A stretch of 64,000 nucleotides of DNA from positions 17,298,001 through 17,362,000 of the forward strand of contig OZ059898.1 in assembly GCA_964057225.1 (NCBI GenBank), read 5' to 3'. A model generated the notes under the pieces. It was not told the DNA's origin. It saw only the letters and a program-made list of their open reading frames with translations, and did no database searches. Each line of letters begins with the position of its first letter. The first letter of the stretch is position 1. Shown in pieces: positions 11,933-26,331 of the stretch. The DNA is from Auanema rhodensis (Eukaryota; Animalia; Nematoda). The translations under genes were made by a program, and so were the position numbers.

Positions 11933-14900
11933 TGCATCATTTTTCAAACGTTCATAACTAATTTTTGTATTAAGCGTTTCTCAATGTAGTATAGTGCATT
12001 TGATGCGGATTTTTAAGCTGCGTCGATCTGTGTTATCAGATTTGCGCTAGCTTAAAAATGCACCGAGATATCAACTGATATAAGTTCACACTTATATCCT
12101 CGATTTTCACCCTGAAGATTTAATTTTTTCGTTGAATAACATTGTCCATCGTCTTTGCCTTGAAAAAAGGAATCTAAAAACATCTACTTTTCGCTAAATT
12201 ATTTTGAAATTTTTCGAAAAAATTTTTGTCAAAATGTTTTTGGAAGCAATGTTGAGTGTACATGGAAACTCAACATACACTAATGCATCATTTTTCAAAC
12301 AATCATAACTAATTTTTGTATTAAGCGTTTCTCAATGTAGTATAGTGCATTCGATGCGGATTTTTAAGCTGCGTCGATCTGTGTTATCAGATTTGCGCTA
12401 GCTTAAAAATGCACCGAGATATCAACTGATATAAGTTCACACTTATATCCTCGATTTTCACCCTGAAGAAATAATTTTTTCGTTGAATAACATTGTCCAT
12501 CGTCTTTGCCTTGAAAAAAGGAATCTAAAAACATCTACTTTTTGCTAAATTATTCTGAAATTTTTCGAAAACATTTTTGTCAAAATGTTTTTGGAAGCAA
12601 TGTTGAGTGTACATGGAAACTCAACATACACTAATGCACCATTTTTCAAACGATCATAACTAATTTTTGTATTAAGCGTTTCTCAATGTAGTATAGTGCA
12701 TTTGATGCGGATTTTTAAGCTGCGTCGATCTGTGTTATCAGATTTGCGCTAGCTTAAAAATGCACCGAGATATCAACTGATATAAGTTCACACTTATATC
12801 CTCGATTTTCACCCTGAAGATTTAATTTTTTCGTTGAATAACATTGTCCATCGTCTTTGCCTTGAAAAAAGGAATCTAAAAACATCTACTTTTCGCTAAA
12901 TTATCTTGAAATTTTTCGAAAAAATTTTTGTCAAAATGTTTTTGGAAGCAATGTTGAGTGTACATGGAAACTCAACATACACTAATGCATCATTTTTCAA
13001 ACGATCATAACTAATTTTTGTATTAAGCGTTTCTCAATGTAGTATAGTGCATTCGATGCGGATTTTTTAACTGCGTCGATCTGTGTTATCAGATTTGCGC
13101 TAGCTTAAAAATGCACCGAGATATCAACTGATATAAGTTCACACTTATATCCTCGATTTTCACCCTGAAGAATTAATTTTTTCGTTGAATAACATTGTCC
13201 ATCGTCTTTGCCTTGAAAAACGAAATCTGAAAACATCTACTTTTTGCTAAATTATTTTGAAATTTTTCGAAAAAATTTTTGTCATAATGTTTTTGGAAGC
13301 AATGTTGAGTGTACATGGAAACTCAACATACACTAATGCACCATTTTTCAAACGATCATAACTAATTTTTGTATTCAGCGTTTCTCAATGTAGTATAGTG
13401 CATTTGATGCGGATTTTTAAGCTGCGTCGATCTGTGTTATCAGATTTGCGCTAGTTTAAAAATGCACCGAGATATCAACTGATATAAGTTCACACTTATA
13501 TCCTCGATTTTCACCCTGAAGATTTAATTTTTTCGTTGAATAACATTGTCCATCGTCTTTGCCTTGAAAAAAGGAATCTAAAAACATCTACTTTTCGCTA
13601 AATTATTTTGAAATTTTTCGAAAAAATTTTTGTCAAAATGTTTTTGGAAGCAATGTTGAGTGTACATGGAAACTCAACATACACTAATGCATCATTTTTC
13701 AAACAATCATAACTAATTTTTGTATTAAGCGTTTCTCAATGTAGTATAGTGCATTCGATGCGGATTTTTAAGCTGCGTCGATCTGTGTTATCAGATTTGC
13801 GCTAGCTTAAAAATGCACCGAGATATCAACTGATATAAGTTCACACTTATATCCTCGATTTTCACCCTGAAGAAAAAATTTTTTCGTTGAATAACATTGT
13901 CCATCGTCTTTGCCTTGAAAAAAGGAATCTAAAAACATCTACTTTTTGCTAAATTATTCTGAAATTTTTCGAAAACATTTTTGTCAAAATGTTTTTGGAA
14001 GCAATGTTGAGTGTACATGGAAACTCAACATACACTAATGCACCATTTTTCAAACGATCATAACTAATTTTTGTATTAAGCGTTTCTCAATGTAGTATAG
14101 TGCATTTGATGCGGATTTTTAAGCTGCGTCGATCTGTGTTATCAGATTTGCGCTAGTTTAAAAATGCACCGAGATATCAACTGATATAAGTTCACACTTA
14201 TATCCTCGATTTTCACCCTGAAGAATTAATTTTTTCGTTGAATAACATTGTCCATCGTCTTTGCCTTGAAAAACGAAATCTGAAAACATCTACTTTTTGC
14301 TAAATTATTTTGAAATTTTTCGAAAAAATTTTTGTCAAAATGTTTTTGGAAGCAATGTTGAGTGTACATGGAAACTCAACATACACTAATGCATCATTTT
14401 TCAAACAATCATAACTAATTTTTGTATTAAGCGTTTCTCAATGTAGTATAGTGCATTTGATGCGGATTTTTAAGCTGCGTCGATCTGTGTTATCAGATTT
14501 GCGCTAGCTTAAAAATGCACCGAGATATCAACTGATATAAGTTCACACTTATATCCTCGATTTTCACCCTGAAGATTTAATTTTTTCGTTGAATAACATT
14601 GTCCATCGTCTTTGCCTTGAAAAAAGGAATCTAAAAACATCTACTTTTCGCTAAATTATTTTGAAATTTTTCGAAAAAATTTTTGTCAAAATGTTTTTGG
14701 AAGCAATGTTGAGTGTACATGGAAACTCAACATACACTAATGCATCATTTTTCAAACGATCATAACTAATTTTTGTATTAAGCGTTTCTCAATGTAGTAT
14801 AGTGCATTCGATGCGGATTTTTAAGCTGCGTCGATCTGTGTTATCAGATTTGCGCTAGTTTAAAAATGCACCGAGATATCAACTGATATAAGTTCACACT

Positions 14901-16500
14901 TATATCCTCGATTTTCACCCTGAAGAATTAATTTTTTCGTTGAATAACATTGTCCATCGTCTTTGCCTTGAAAAAAGGAATCTGAAAACATCTACTTTTT
15001 GCTAAATTATTTTGAAATTTTTCGAAAAAATTTTTGTCAAAATGTTTTTGGAAGCAATGTTGAGTGTACATGGAAACTCAACATACACTAATGCATCATT
15101 TTTCAAACAATCATAACTAATTTTTGTATTAAGCGTTTCTCAATGTAGTATAGTGCATTTGATGCGGATTTTTAAGCTGCGTCGATCTGTGTTATCAGAT
15201 TTGCGCTAGCTTAAAAATGCACCGAGATATCAACTGATATAAGTTCACACTTATATCCTCGATTTTCACCCTGAAGAATTAATTTTTTCGTTGAATAACA
15301 TTGTCCATCGTCTTTGCCTTGAAAAAAGGAATCTAAAAACATCTACTTTTTGCTAAATTATTCTGAAATTTTTCGAAAACATTTTTGTCAAAATGTTTTT
15401 GGAAGCAATGTTGAGTGTACATGGAAACTCAACATACACTAATGCACCATTTTTCAAACGATCATAACTAATTTTTGTATTAAGCGTTTCTCAATGTAGT
15501 ATAGTGCATTTGATGCGGATTTTTAAGCTGCGTCGATCTGTGTTATCAGATTTGCGCTAGTTTAAAAATGCACCGAGATATCAACTGATATAAGTTCACA
15601 CTTATATCCTCGATTTTCACCCTGAAGAATTAATTTTTTCGTTGAATAACATTGTCCATCGTCTTTGCCTTGAAAAACGAAATCTGAAAACATCTACTTT
15701 TTGCTAAATTATTTTGAAATTTTTCGAAAAAATTTTTGTCAAAATGTTTTTGGAAGCAATGTTGAGTGTACATGGAAACTCAACATACACTAATGCATCA
15801 TTTTTCAAACAATCATAACTAATTTTTGTATTAAGCGTTTCTCAATGTAGTATAGTGCATTTGATGCGGATTTTTAAGCTGCGTCGATCTGTGTTATCAG
15901 ATTTGCGCTAGCTTAAAAATGCACCGAGATATCAACTGATATAAGTTCACACTTATATCCTCGATTTTCACCCTGAAGATTTAATTTTTTCGTTGAATAA
16001 CATTGTCCATCGTCTTTGCCTTGAAAAAAGGAATCTAAAAACATCTACTTTTCGCTAAATTATTTTGAAATTTTTCGAAAAAATTTTTGTCAAAATGTTT
16101 TTGGAAGCAATGTTGAGTGTACATGGAAACTCAACATACACTAATGCATCATTTTTCAAACGATCATAACTAATTTTTGTATTAAGCGTTTCTCAATGTA
16201 GTATAGTGCATTCAATGCGGATTTTTAAGCTGCGTCGATCTGTGTTATCAGATTTGCGCTAGTTTAAAAATGCACCGAGATATCAACTGATATAAGTTCA
16301 CACTTATATCCTCGATTTTCACCCTGAAGAATTAATTTTTTCGTTGAATAACATTGTCCATCGTCTTTGCCTTGAAAAAAGGAATCTGAAAACATCTACT
16401 TTTTGCTAAATTATTTTGAAATTTTTCGAAAAAATTTTTGTCAAAATGTTTTTGGAAGCAATGTTGAGTGTACATGGAAACTCAACATACACTAATGCAT
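11933..16500. repeat. Degenerate 4-monomer higher-order repeat
   Basis: The AAAACATTTTT variant sits at 12572, 13976 and 15380, followed by TGCACC at 12639, 14043 and 15447 (1404-bp steps). Monomers at 14039-15091 match those at 15443-16495. Confidence 0.75.
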
Positions 16501-18678
16501 CATTTTTCAAACGTTCATAACTAATTTTTGTATTCAGCGTTTCTCAATGTAGTATAGTGCATTTGATGCGGATTTTTAAGCTGCGTCGATCTGTGTTATC
16601 AGATTTGCGCTAGCTTAAAAATGCACCGAGATATCAACTGATATAAGTTCACACTTATATCCTCGATTTTCACCCTGAAGAATTAATTTTTTCGTTGAAT
16701 AACATTGTCCATCGTCTTTGCCTTGAAAAACGAAATCTGAAAACATCTACTTTTTGCTAAATTATTTTGAAATTTTTCGAAAAAATTTTTGTCAAAATGT
16801 TTTTGGAAGCAATGTTGAGTGTACATGGAAACTCAACATACACTAATGCATCATTTTTCAAAACTACTTTTTTTTTCAACTAATTTTTGTATTAAGCGTT
16901 TCTCAATGTAGTATAGTGCATTTGATGCGGATTTTTAAGCTGCGTCGATCTGTGTTATCAGATTTGCGCTAGCTTAAAAATGCACCGAGATATCAACTGA
17001 TATAAGTTCACACTTATATCCTCGATTTTCACCCTGAAGATTTAATTTTTTCGTTGAATAACATTGTCCATCGTCTTTGCCTTGAAAAAAGGAATCTAAA
17101 AACATCTACTTTTTGCTAAATTATTCTGAAATTTTTCGAAAACATTTTTGTCAAAATGTTTTTGGAAGCAATGTTGAGTGTACATGGAAACTCAACATAC
17201 ACTAATGCATCATTTTTCAAACGATCATAACTAATTTTTGTATTAAGCGTTTCTCAATGTAGTATAGTGCATTCGATGCGGATTTTTAAGCTGCGTCGAT
17301 CTGTGTTATCAGATTTGCGCTAGTTTAAAAATGCACCGAGATATCAACTGATATAAGTTCACACTTATATCCTCGATTTTCACCCTGAAGAATTAATTTT
17401 TTCGTTGAATAACATTGTCCATCGTCTTTGCCTTGAAAAAAAAAATCTAAAAACATCTACTTTTTGCTAAATTATTCTGAAATTTTTCGAAAAAATTTTT
17501 GTCAAAATGTTTTTGGAAGCAATGTTGAGTGTACATGGAATATCAACATACACTAATGCATCATTTTTCAAACGATCATAACTAATTTTTGTATTAAGCG
17601 TTTCTCAATGTAATATAGTGCATTCGATGCGGATTTTTAAGCTGCGTCGATCTGTGTTATCAGATTTGCGCTAGCTTAAAAATGCACCGAGATATCAACT
17701 GATATAAGTTCACACTTATATCCTCGATTTTCACCCTGAAGAATTAATTTTTTTGTTGAATAACATTGTCCATCGTCTTTGCCTTGAAAAACGAAATCTG
17801 AAAACATCTACTTTTTGCTAAATTATTTTGAAATTTTTCGAAAAAATTTTTGTCAAAATGTTTTTGGAAGCAATGTTGAGTGTACATGGAAACTCAACAT
17901 ACACTAATGCATCATTTTTCAAACGTTCATAACTAATTTTTGTATTCAGCGTTTCTCAATGTAGTATAGTGCATTTGATGCGGATTTTTAAGCTGCGTCG
18001 ATCTGTGTTATCAGATTTGCGCTAGTTTAAAAATGCACCGAGATATCAACTGATATAAGTTCACACTTATATCCTCGATTTTCACCCTGAAGAATTAATT
18101 TTTTCGTTGAATAACATTGTCCATCGTCTTTGCCTTGAAAAACGAAATCTGAAAACATCTACTTTTTGCTAAATTATTTTGAAATTTTTCGAAAAAATTT
18201 TTGTCAAAATGTTTTTGGAAGCAATGTTGAGTGTACATGGAAACTCAACATACACTAATGCATCATTTTTCAAACGTTCATAACTAATTTTTGTATTCAG
18301 CGTTTCTCAATGTAGTATAGTGCATTTGATGCGGATTTTTGAGCTGCGTCGATCTGTGTTATCAGATTTGCGCTAGTTTAAAAATGCACCGAGATATCAA
18401 CTGATATAAGTTCACACTTATATCCTCGATTTTCACCCTGAAGAATTAATTTTTTCGTTGAATAACATTGTCCATCGTCTTTGCCTTGAAAAAAGGAATC
18501 TAAAAACATTTACTTTTTGCTAAATTATTCTGAAATTTTTCGAAAAAATTTTTGTCAAAATGTTTTTGGAAGCAATGTTGAGTGTACATGGAAACTCAAC
18601 ATACACTAATGCACCATTTTTCAAACGATCATAACTAATTTTTGTATTAAGCGTTTCTCAATGTAGTATAGTGCATTC

Positions 18679-21600
18679 GATGCGGATTTTTAAGCTGCGT
18701 CGATCTGTGTTATCAGATTTGCGCTAGCTTAAAAATGCACCGAGATATCAACTGATATAAGTTCACACTTATATCCTCGATTTTCACCCTGAAGAATTAA
18801 TTTTTTCGTTGAATAACAGTGTCCATCGTCTTTGCCTTGAAAAAAGGAATCTAAAAACTATTACTTTTTGCTAAATTATTATGAAATTTTTCGAAAAAAT
18901 TTTTGTCAAAATGTTTTTGGAAGCAATGTTGAGTGTACATGGAAACTCAACATACACTAATGCATCATTTTTCAAACGATCATAACTAATTTTTGTATTA
19001 AGCGTTTCTCAATGTAGTATAGTGCATTCGATGCGGATTTTTAAGCTGCGTCGATCTGTGTTATCAGATTTGCGCTAGCTTAAAAATGCACCGAGATATC
19101 AACTGATATAAGTTCACACTTATATCCTCGATTTTCACCCTGAAGAAATAATTTTTTCGTTGAATAACATTGTCCATCGTCTTTGCCTTGAAAAAAGGAA
19201 TCTGAAAACATCTACTTTTTGCTAAATTATTTTGAAATTTTTCGAAAAAATTTTTGTCAAAATGTTTTTGGAAGCAATGTTGAGTGTACATGGAAACTCA
19301 ACATACACTAATGCATCATTTTTCAAACGTTCATAACTAATTTTTGTATTCAGCGTTTCTCAATGTAGTATAGTGCATTTGATGCGGATTTTTAAGCTGC
19401 GTCGATCTGTGTTATCAGATTTGCGCTAGTTTAAAAATGCACCGAGATATCAACTGATATAAGTTCACACTTATATCCTCGATTTTCACCCTGAAGAATT
19501 AACTTTTTCGTTGAATAACATTGTCCATCGTCTTTGCCTTGAAAAAAGGAATCTAAAAACATTTACTTTTTGCTAAATTATTCTGAAATTTTTCGAAAAA
19601 ATTGTTGTCAAAATGTTTTTGGAAGCAATGTTGAGTGTACATGGAAACTCAACATACACTAATGCACCATTTTTCAAACGATCATAACTAATTTTTGTAT
19701 TGAGCGTTTCTCAATGTAGTATAGTGCATTCGATGCGGATTTTTAAGCTGCGTCGATCTGTGTTATCAGATTTGCGCTAGTTTAAAAATGCACCGAGATA
19801 TCAACTGATATAAGTTCACACTTATATCCTCGATTTTCACCCTGAAGAATTAATTTTTTCGTTGAATAACATTGTCCATCGTCTTTGCCTTGAAAAAAGG
19901 AATCTAAAAACATCTACTTTTTGCTAAATTATTTTGAAATTTTTCGAAAAAATTTTTGTCAAAATGTTTTTGGAAGCAATGTTGAGTGAACATGGAAACT
20001 CGACATACACTAATGCATCATTTTTCAAACAATCATAACTAATTTTTGTATTAAGCGTTTCTCAATGTAGTATAGTGCATTTGATGCGGATTTTTAAGCT
20101 GCGTCGATCTGTGTTATCAGATTTGCGCTAGTTTAAAAATGCACCGAGATATCAACTGATATAAGTTCACACTTATATCCTCGATTTTCACCCTGAAGAA
20201 TTAATTTTTTCGTTGAATAACATTGTCCATCGTCTTTGCCTTGAAAAACGAAATCTGAAAACATCTACTTTTTGCTAAATTATTTTGAAATTTTTCGAAA
20301 AAATTTTTGTCAAAATGTTTTTGGAAGCAATGTTGAGTGTACATGGAAACTCAACATACACTAATGCATCATTTTTCAAACGTTCATAACTAATTTTTGT
20401 ATTCAGCGTTTTTCAATGTAGTATAGTGCATTTGATGCGGATTTTTAAGCTGCGTCAATCTGTGTTATCAGATTTGCGCTAGTTTAAAAATGCACCGAGA
20501 TATCAACTGATATAAGTTCACACTTATATCCTCGATTTTCACCCTGAAGAATTAATTTTTTCGTTGAATAACATTGTCCATCGTCTTTGCCTTGAAAAAA
20601 GGAATCTAAAAACATTTACTATTTGCTAAATTATTCTGAAATTTTTCGAAAAAATTTTTGTCAAAATGTTTTTGGAAGCAATGTTGAGTGTACATGGAAA
20701 CTCAACATACACTAATGCACCATTTTTCAAACGATCATAACTAATTTTTGTATTAAGCGTTTCTCAATGTAGTATAGTGCATTCGATGCGGATTTTTAAG
20801 CTGCGTCGATCTGTGTTATCAGTTTTGCGCTAGCTTAAAAATGCACCGAGATATCAACTGATATAAGTTCACACTTATATCCTCGATTTTCACCCTGAAG
20901 AATTAATTTTTTCGTTGAATAACATTGTCCATCGTCTTTGCCTTGAAAAAAGGAATCTAAAAACATCTACTTTTTGCTAAATTATTTTGAAATTTTTCGA
21001 AAAAATTTTTGTCAAAATGTTTTTGGAAGCAATGTTGAGTGAACATGGAAACTCGACATACACTAATGCATCATTTTTCAAACAATCATAACTAATTTTT
21101 GTATTAAGCGTTTCTCAATGTAGTATAGTGCATTTGATGCGGATTTTTAAGCTGCGTCGATCTGTGTTATCAGATTTGCGCTAGTTTAAAAATGCACCGA
21201 GATATCAACTGATATAAGTTCACACTTATATCCTCGATTTTCACCCTGAAGAATTAATTTTTTCGTTGAATAACATTGTCCATCGTCTTTGCCTTGAAAA
21301 ACGAAATCTGAAAACATCTACTTTTTGCTAAATTATTTTGAAATTTTTCGAAAAAATTTTTGTCAAAATGTTTTTGGAAGCAATGTTGAGTGTACATGGA
21401 AACTCAACATACACTAATGCATCATTTTTCAAACGTTCATAACTAATTTTTGTATTCAGCGTTTTTCAATGTAGTATAGTGCATTCGATGCGGATTTTTA
21501 AGCTGCGTCGATCTGTGTTATCAGATTTGCGCTAGCTTAAAAATGCACCGAGATATCAACTGATATAAGTTCACACTTATATCCTCGATTTTCACCCTGA

Positions 21601-24600
21601 AGAAATAATTTTTTCGTTGAATAACATTGTCCATCGTCTTTGCCTTGAAAAAAGGAATCTAAAAACTCTTACTTTTTGCTAAATTATTCTGAAATTTTTC
21701 GAAAAAATTTTTGTCAAAATGTTTTTGGAAGCAATGTTGAGTGTACATGGAAACTCAACATACACTAATGCACCATTTTTCAAACGATCATAACTAATTT
21801 TTGTATTAAGCGTTTCTCAATGTAGTATAGTGCATTCGATGCGGATTTTTAAGCTGCGTCGATCTGTGTTATCAGTTTTGCGCTAGCTTAAAAATGCACC
21901 GAGATATCAACTGATATAAGTTCACACTTATATCCTCGATTTTCACCCTGAAGAATTAATTTTTTCGTTGAATAACATTGTCCATCGTCTTTGCCTTGAA
22001 AAACGAAATCTGAAAACATCTACTTTTTGCTAAATTATTTTGAAATTTTTCGAAAAAATTTTTGTCAAAATGTTTTTGGAAGCAATGTTGAGTGAACATG
22101 GAAACTCGACATACACTAATGCATCATTTTTCAAACAATCATAACTAATTTTTGTATTAAGCGTTTCTCAATGTAGTATAGTGCATTTGATGCGGATTTT
22201 TAAGCTGCGTCGATCTGTGTTATCAGATTTGCGCTAGCTTAAAAATGCACCGAGATATCAACTGATATAAGTTCACACTTATATCCTCGATTTTCACCCT
22301 GAAGAATTAATTTTTTCGTTGAATAACAGTGTCCATCGTCTTTGCCTTGAAAAAAGGAATCTAAAAACTATTACTTTTTGCTAAATTATTATGAAATTTT
22401 TCGAAAAAATTTTTGTCAAAATGTTTTTGGAAGCAATGTTGAGTGTACATGGAAACTCAACATACACTAATGCATCATTTTTCAAACGATCATAACTAAT
22501 TTTTGTATTAAGCGTTTCTCAATGTAGTATAGTGCATTCGATGCGGATTTTTAAGCTGCGTCGATCTGTGTTATCAGATTTGCGCTAGCTTAAAAATGCA
22601 CCGAGATATCAACTGATATAAGTTCACACTTATATCCTCGATTTTCACCCTGAAGAAATAATTTTTTCGTTGAATAACATTGTCCATCGTCTTTGCCTTG
22701 AAAAAAGGAATCTGAAAACATCTACTTTTTGCTAAATTATTTTGAAATTTTTCGAAAAAATTTTTGTCAAAATGTTTTTGGAAGCAATGTTGAGTGTACA
22801 TGGAAACTCAACATACACTAATGCATCATTTTTCAAACGTTCATAACTAATTTTTGTATTCAGCGTTTCTCAATGTAGTATAGTGCATTTGATGCGGATT
22901 TTTAAGCTGCGTCGATCTGTGTTATCAGATTTGCGCTAGTTTAAAAATGCACCGAGATATCAACTGATATAAGTTCACACTTATATCCTCGATTTTCACC
23001 CTGAAGAATTAACTTTTTCGTTGAATAACATTGTCCATCGTCTTTGCCTTGAAAAAAGGAATCTAAAAACATTTACTTTTTGCTAAATTATTCTGAAATT
23101 TTTCGAAAAAATTGTTGTCAAAATGTTTTTGGAAGCAATGTTGAGTGTACATGGAAACTCAACATACACTAATGCACCATTTTTCAAACGATCATAACTA
23201 ATTTTTGTATTGAGCGTTTCTCAATGTAGTATAGTGCATTCGATGCGGATTTTTAAGCTGCGTCGATCTGTGTTATCAGATTTGCGCTAGTTTAAAAATG
23301 CACCGAGATATCAACTGATATAAGTTCACACTTATATCCTCGATTTTCACCCTGAAGAATTAATTTTTTCGTTGAATAACATTGTCCATCGTCTTTGCCT
23401 TGAAAAAAGGAATCTAAAAACATCTACTTTTTGCTAAATTATTTTGAAATTTTTCGAAAAAATTTTTGTCAAAATGTTTTTGGAAGCAATGTTGAGTGAA
23501 CATGGAAACTCGACATACACTAATGCATCATTTTTCAAACAATCATAACTAATTTTTGTATTAAGCGTTTCTCAATGTAGTATAGTGCATTTGATGCGGA
23601 TTTTTAAGCTGCGTCGATCTGTGTTATCAGATTTGCGCTAGTTTAAAAATGCACCGAGATATCAACTGATATAAGTTCACACTTATATCCTCGATTTTCA
23701 CCCTGAAGAATTAATTTTTTCGTTGAATAACATTGTCCATCGTCTTTGCCTTGAAAAACGAAATCTGAAAACATCTACTTTTTGCTAAATTATTTTGAAA
23801 TTTTTCGAAAAAATTTTTGTCAAAATGTTTTTGGAAGCAATGTTGAGTGTACATGGAAACTCAACATACACTAATGCATCATTTTTCAAACGTTCATAAC
23901 TAATTTTTGTATTCAGCGTTTTTCAATGTAGTATAGTGCATTTGATGCGGATTTTTAAGCTGCGTCAATCTGTGTTATCAGATTTGCGCTAGTTTAAAAA
24001 TGCACCGAGATATCAACTGATATAAGTTCACACTTATATCCTCGATTTTCACCCTGAAGAATTAATTTTTTCGTTGAATAACATTGTCCATCGTCTTTGC
24101 CTTGAAAAAAGGAATCTAAAAACATTTACTATTTGCTAAATTATTCTGAAATTTTTCGAAAAAATTTTTGTCAAAATGTTTTTGGAAGCAATGTTGAGTG
24201 TACATGGAAACTCAACATACACTAATGCACCATTTTTCAAACGATCATAACTAATTTTTGTATTAAGCGTTTCTCAATGTAGTATAGTGCATTCGATGCG
24301 GATTTTTAAGCTGCGTCGATCTGTGTTATCAGTTTTGCGCTAGCTTAAAAATGCACCGAGATATCAACTGATATAAGTTCACACTTATATCCTCGATTTT
24401 CACCCTGAAGAATTAATTTTTTCGTTGAATAACATTGTCCATCGTCTTTGCCTTGAAAAAAGGAATCTAAAAACATCTACTTTTTGCTAAATTATTTTGA
24501 AATTTTTCGAAAAAATTTTTGTCAAAATGTTTTTGGAAGCAATGTTGAGTGAACATGGAAACTCGACATACACTAATGCATCATTTTTCAAACAATCATA

Positions 24601-25698
24601 ACTAATTTTTGTATTAAGCGTTTCTCAATGTAGTATAGTGCATTTGATGCGGATTTTTAAGCTGCGTCGATCTGTGTTATCAGATTTGCGCTAGTTTAAA
24701 AATGCACCGAGATATCAACTGATATAAGTTCACACTTATATCCTCGATTTTCACCCTGAAGAATTAATTTTTTCGTTGAATAACATTGTCCATCGTCTTT
24801 GCCTTGAAAAACGAAATCTGAAAACATCTACTTTTTGCTAAATTATTTTGAAATTTTTCGAAAAAATTTTTGTCAAAATGTTTTTGGAAGCAATGTTGAG
24901 TGTACATGGAAACTCAACATACACTAATGCATCATTTTTCAAACGTTCATAACTAATTTTTGTATTCAGCGTTTTTCAATGTAGTATAGTGCATTCGATG
25001 CGGATTTTTAAGCTGCGTCGATCTGTGTTATCAGATTTGCGCTAGCTTAAAAATGCACCGAGATATCAACTGATATAAGTTCACACTTATATCCTCGATT
25101 TTCACCCTGAAGAAATAATTTTTTCGTTGAATAACATTGTCCATCGTCTTTGCCTTGAAAAAAGGAATCTAAAAACTCTTACTTTTTGCTAAATTATTCT
25201 GAAATTTTTCGAAAAAATTTTTGTCAAAATGTTTTTGGAAGCAATGTTGAGTGTACATGGAAACTCAACATACACTAATGCACCATTTTTCAAACGATCA
25301 TAACTAATTTTTGTATTAAGCGTTTCTCAATGTAGTATAGTGCATTCGATGCGGATTTTTAAGCTGCGTCGATCTGTGTTATCAGTTTTGCGCTAGCTTA
25401 AAAATGCACCGAGATATCAACTGATATAAGTTCACACTTATATCCTCGATTTTCACCCTGAAGAATTAATTTTTTCGTTGAATAACATTGTCCATCGTCT
25501 TTGCCTTGAAAAAAGGAATCTAAAAACATCTACTTTTTGCTAAATTATTTTGAAATTTTTCGAAAAAATTTTTGTCAAAATGTTTTTGGAAGCAATGTTG
25601 AGTGAACATGGAAACTCGACATACACTAATGCATCATTTTTCAAACAATCATAACTAATTTTTGTATTAAGCGTTTCTCAATGTAGTATAGTGCATTT
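18679..25698. repeat. 10-monomer tandem duplication (3510 bp unit)
   Basis: Private variants lie 3510 bp apart: AACAGT 18819/22329, AAACTATTAC ~18858/22368, AACTTTT 19503/23013, ATTGTTG 19604/23114, GTCAATC 20457/23967, ACTCTT 21667/25177. Confidence 0.93.
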
Positions 25699-26331
25699 GA
25701 TGCGGATTTTTAAGCTGCGTCGATCTGTGTTATCAGATTTGCGCTAGTTTAAAAATGCACCGAGATATCAACTGATATAAGTTCACACTTATATCCTCGA
25801 TTTTCACCCTGAAGAATTAATTTTTTCGTTGAATAACATTGTCCATCGTCTTTGCCTTGAAAAACGAAATCTGAAAACATCTACTTTTTGCTAAATTATT
25901 TTGAAATTTTTCGAAAAAATTTTTGTCAAAATGTTTTTGGAAGCAATGTTGAGTGTACATGGAAACTCAACATACACTAATGCATCATTTTTCAAACGTT
26001 CATAACTAATTTTTGTATTCAGCGTTTTTCAATGTAGTATAGTGCATTCGATGCGGATTTTTAAGCTGCGTCGATCTGTGTTATCAGATTTGCGCTAGCT
26101 TAAAAATGCACCGAGATATCAACTGATATAAGTTCACACTTATATCCTCGATTTTCACCCTGAAGAAATAATTTTTTCGTTGAATAACATTGTCCATCGT
26201 CTTTGCCTTGAAAAAAGGAATCTAAAAACTCTTACTTTTTGCTAAATTATTCTGAAATTTTTCGAAAAAATTTTTGTCAAAATGTTTTTGGAAGCAATGT
26301 TGAGTGTACATGGAAACTCAACATACACTAA

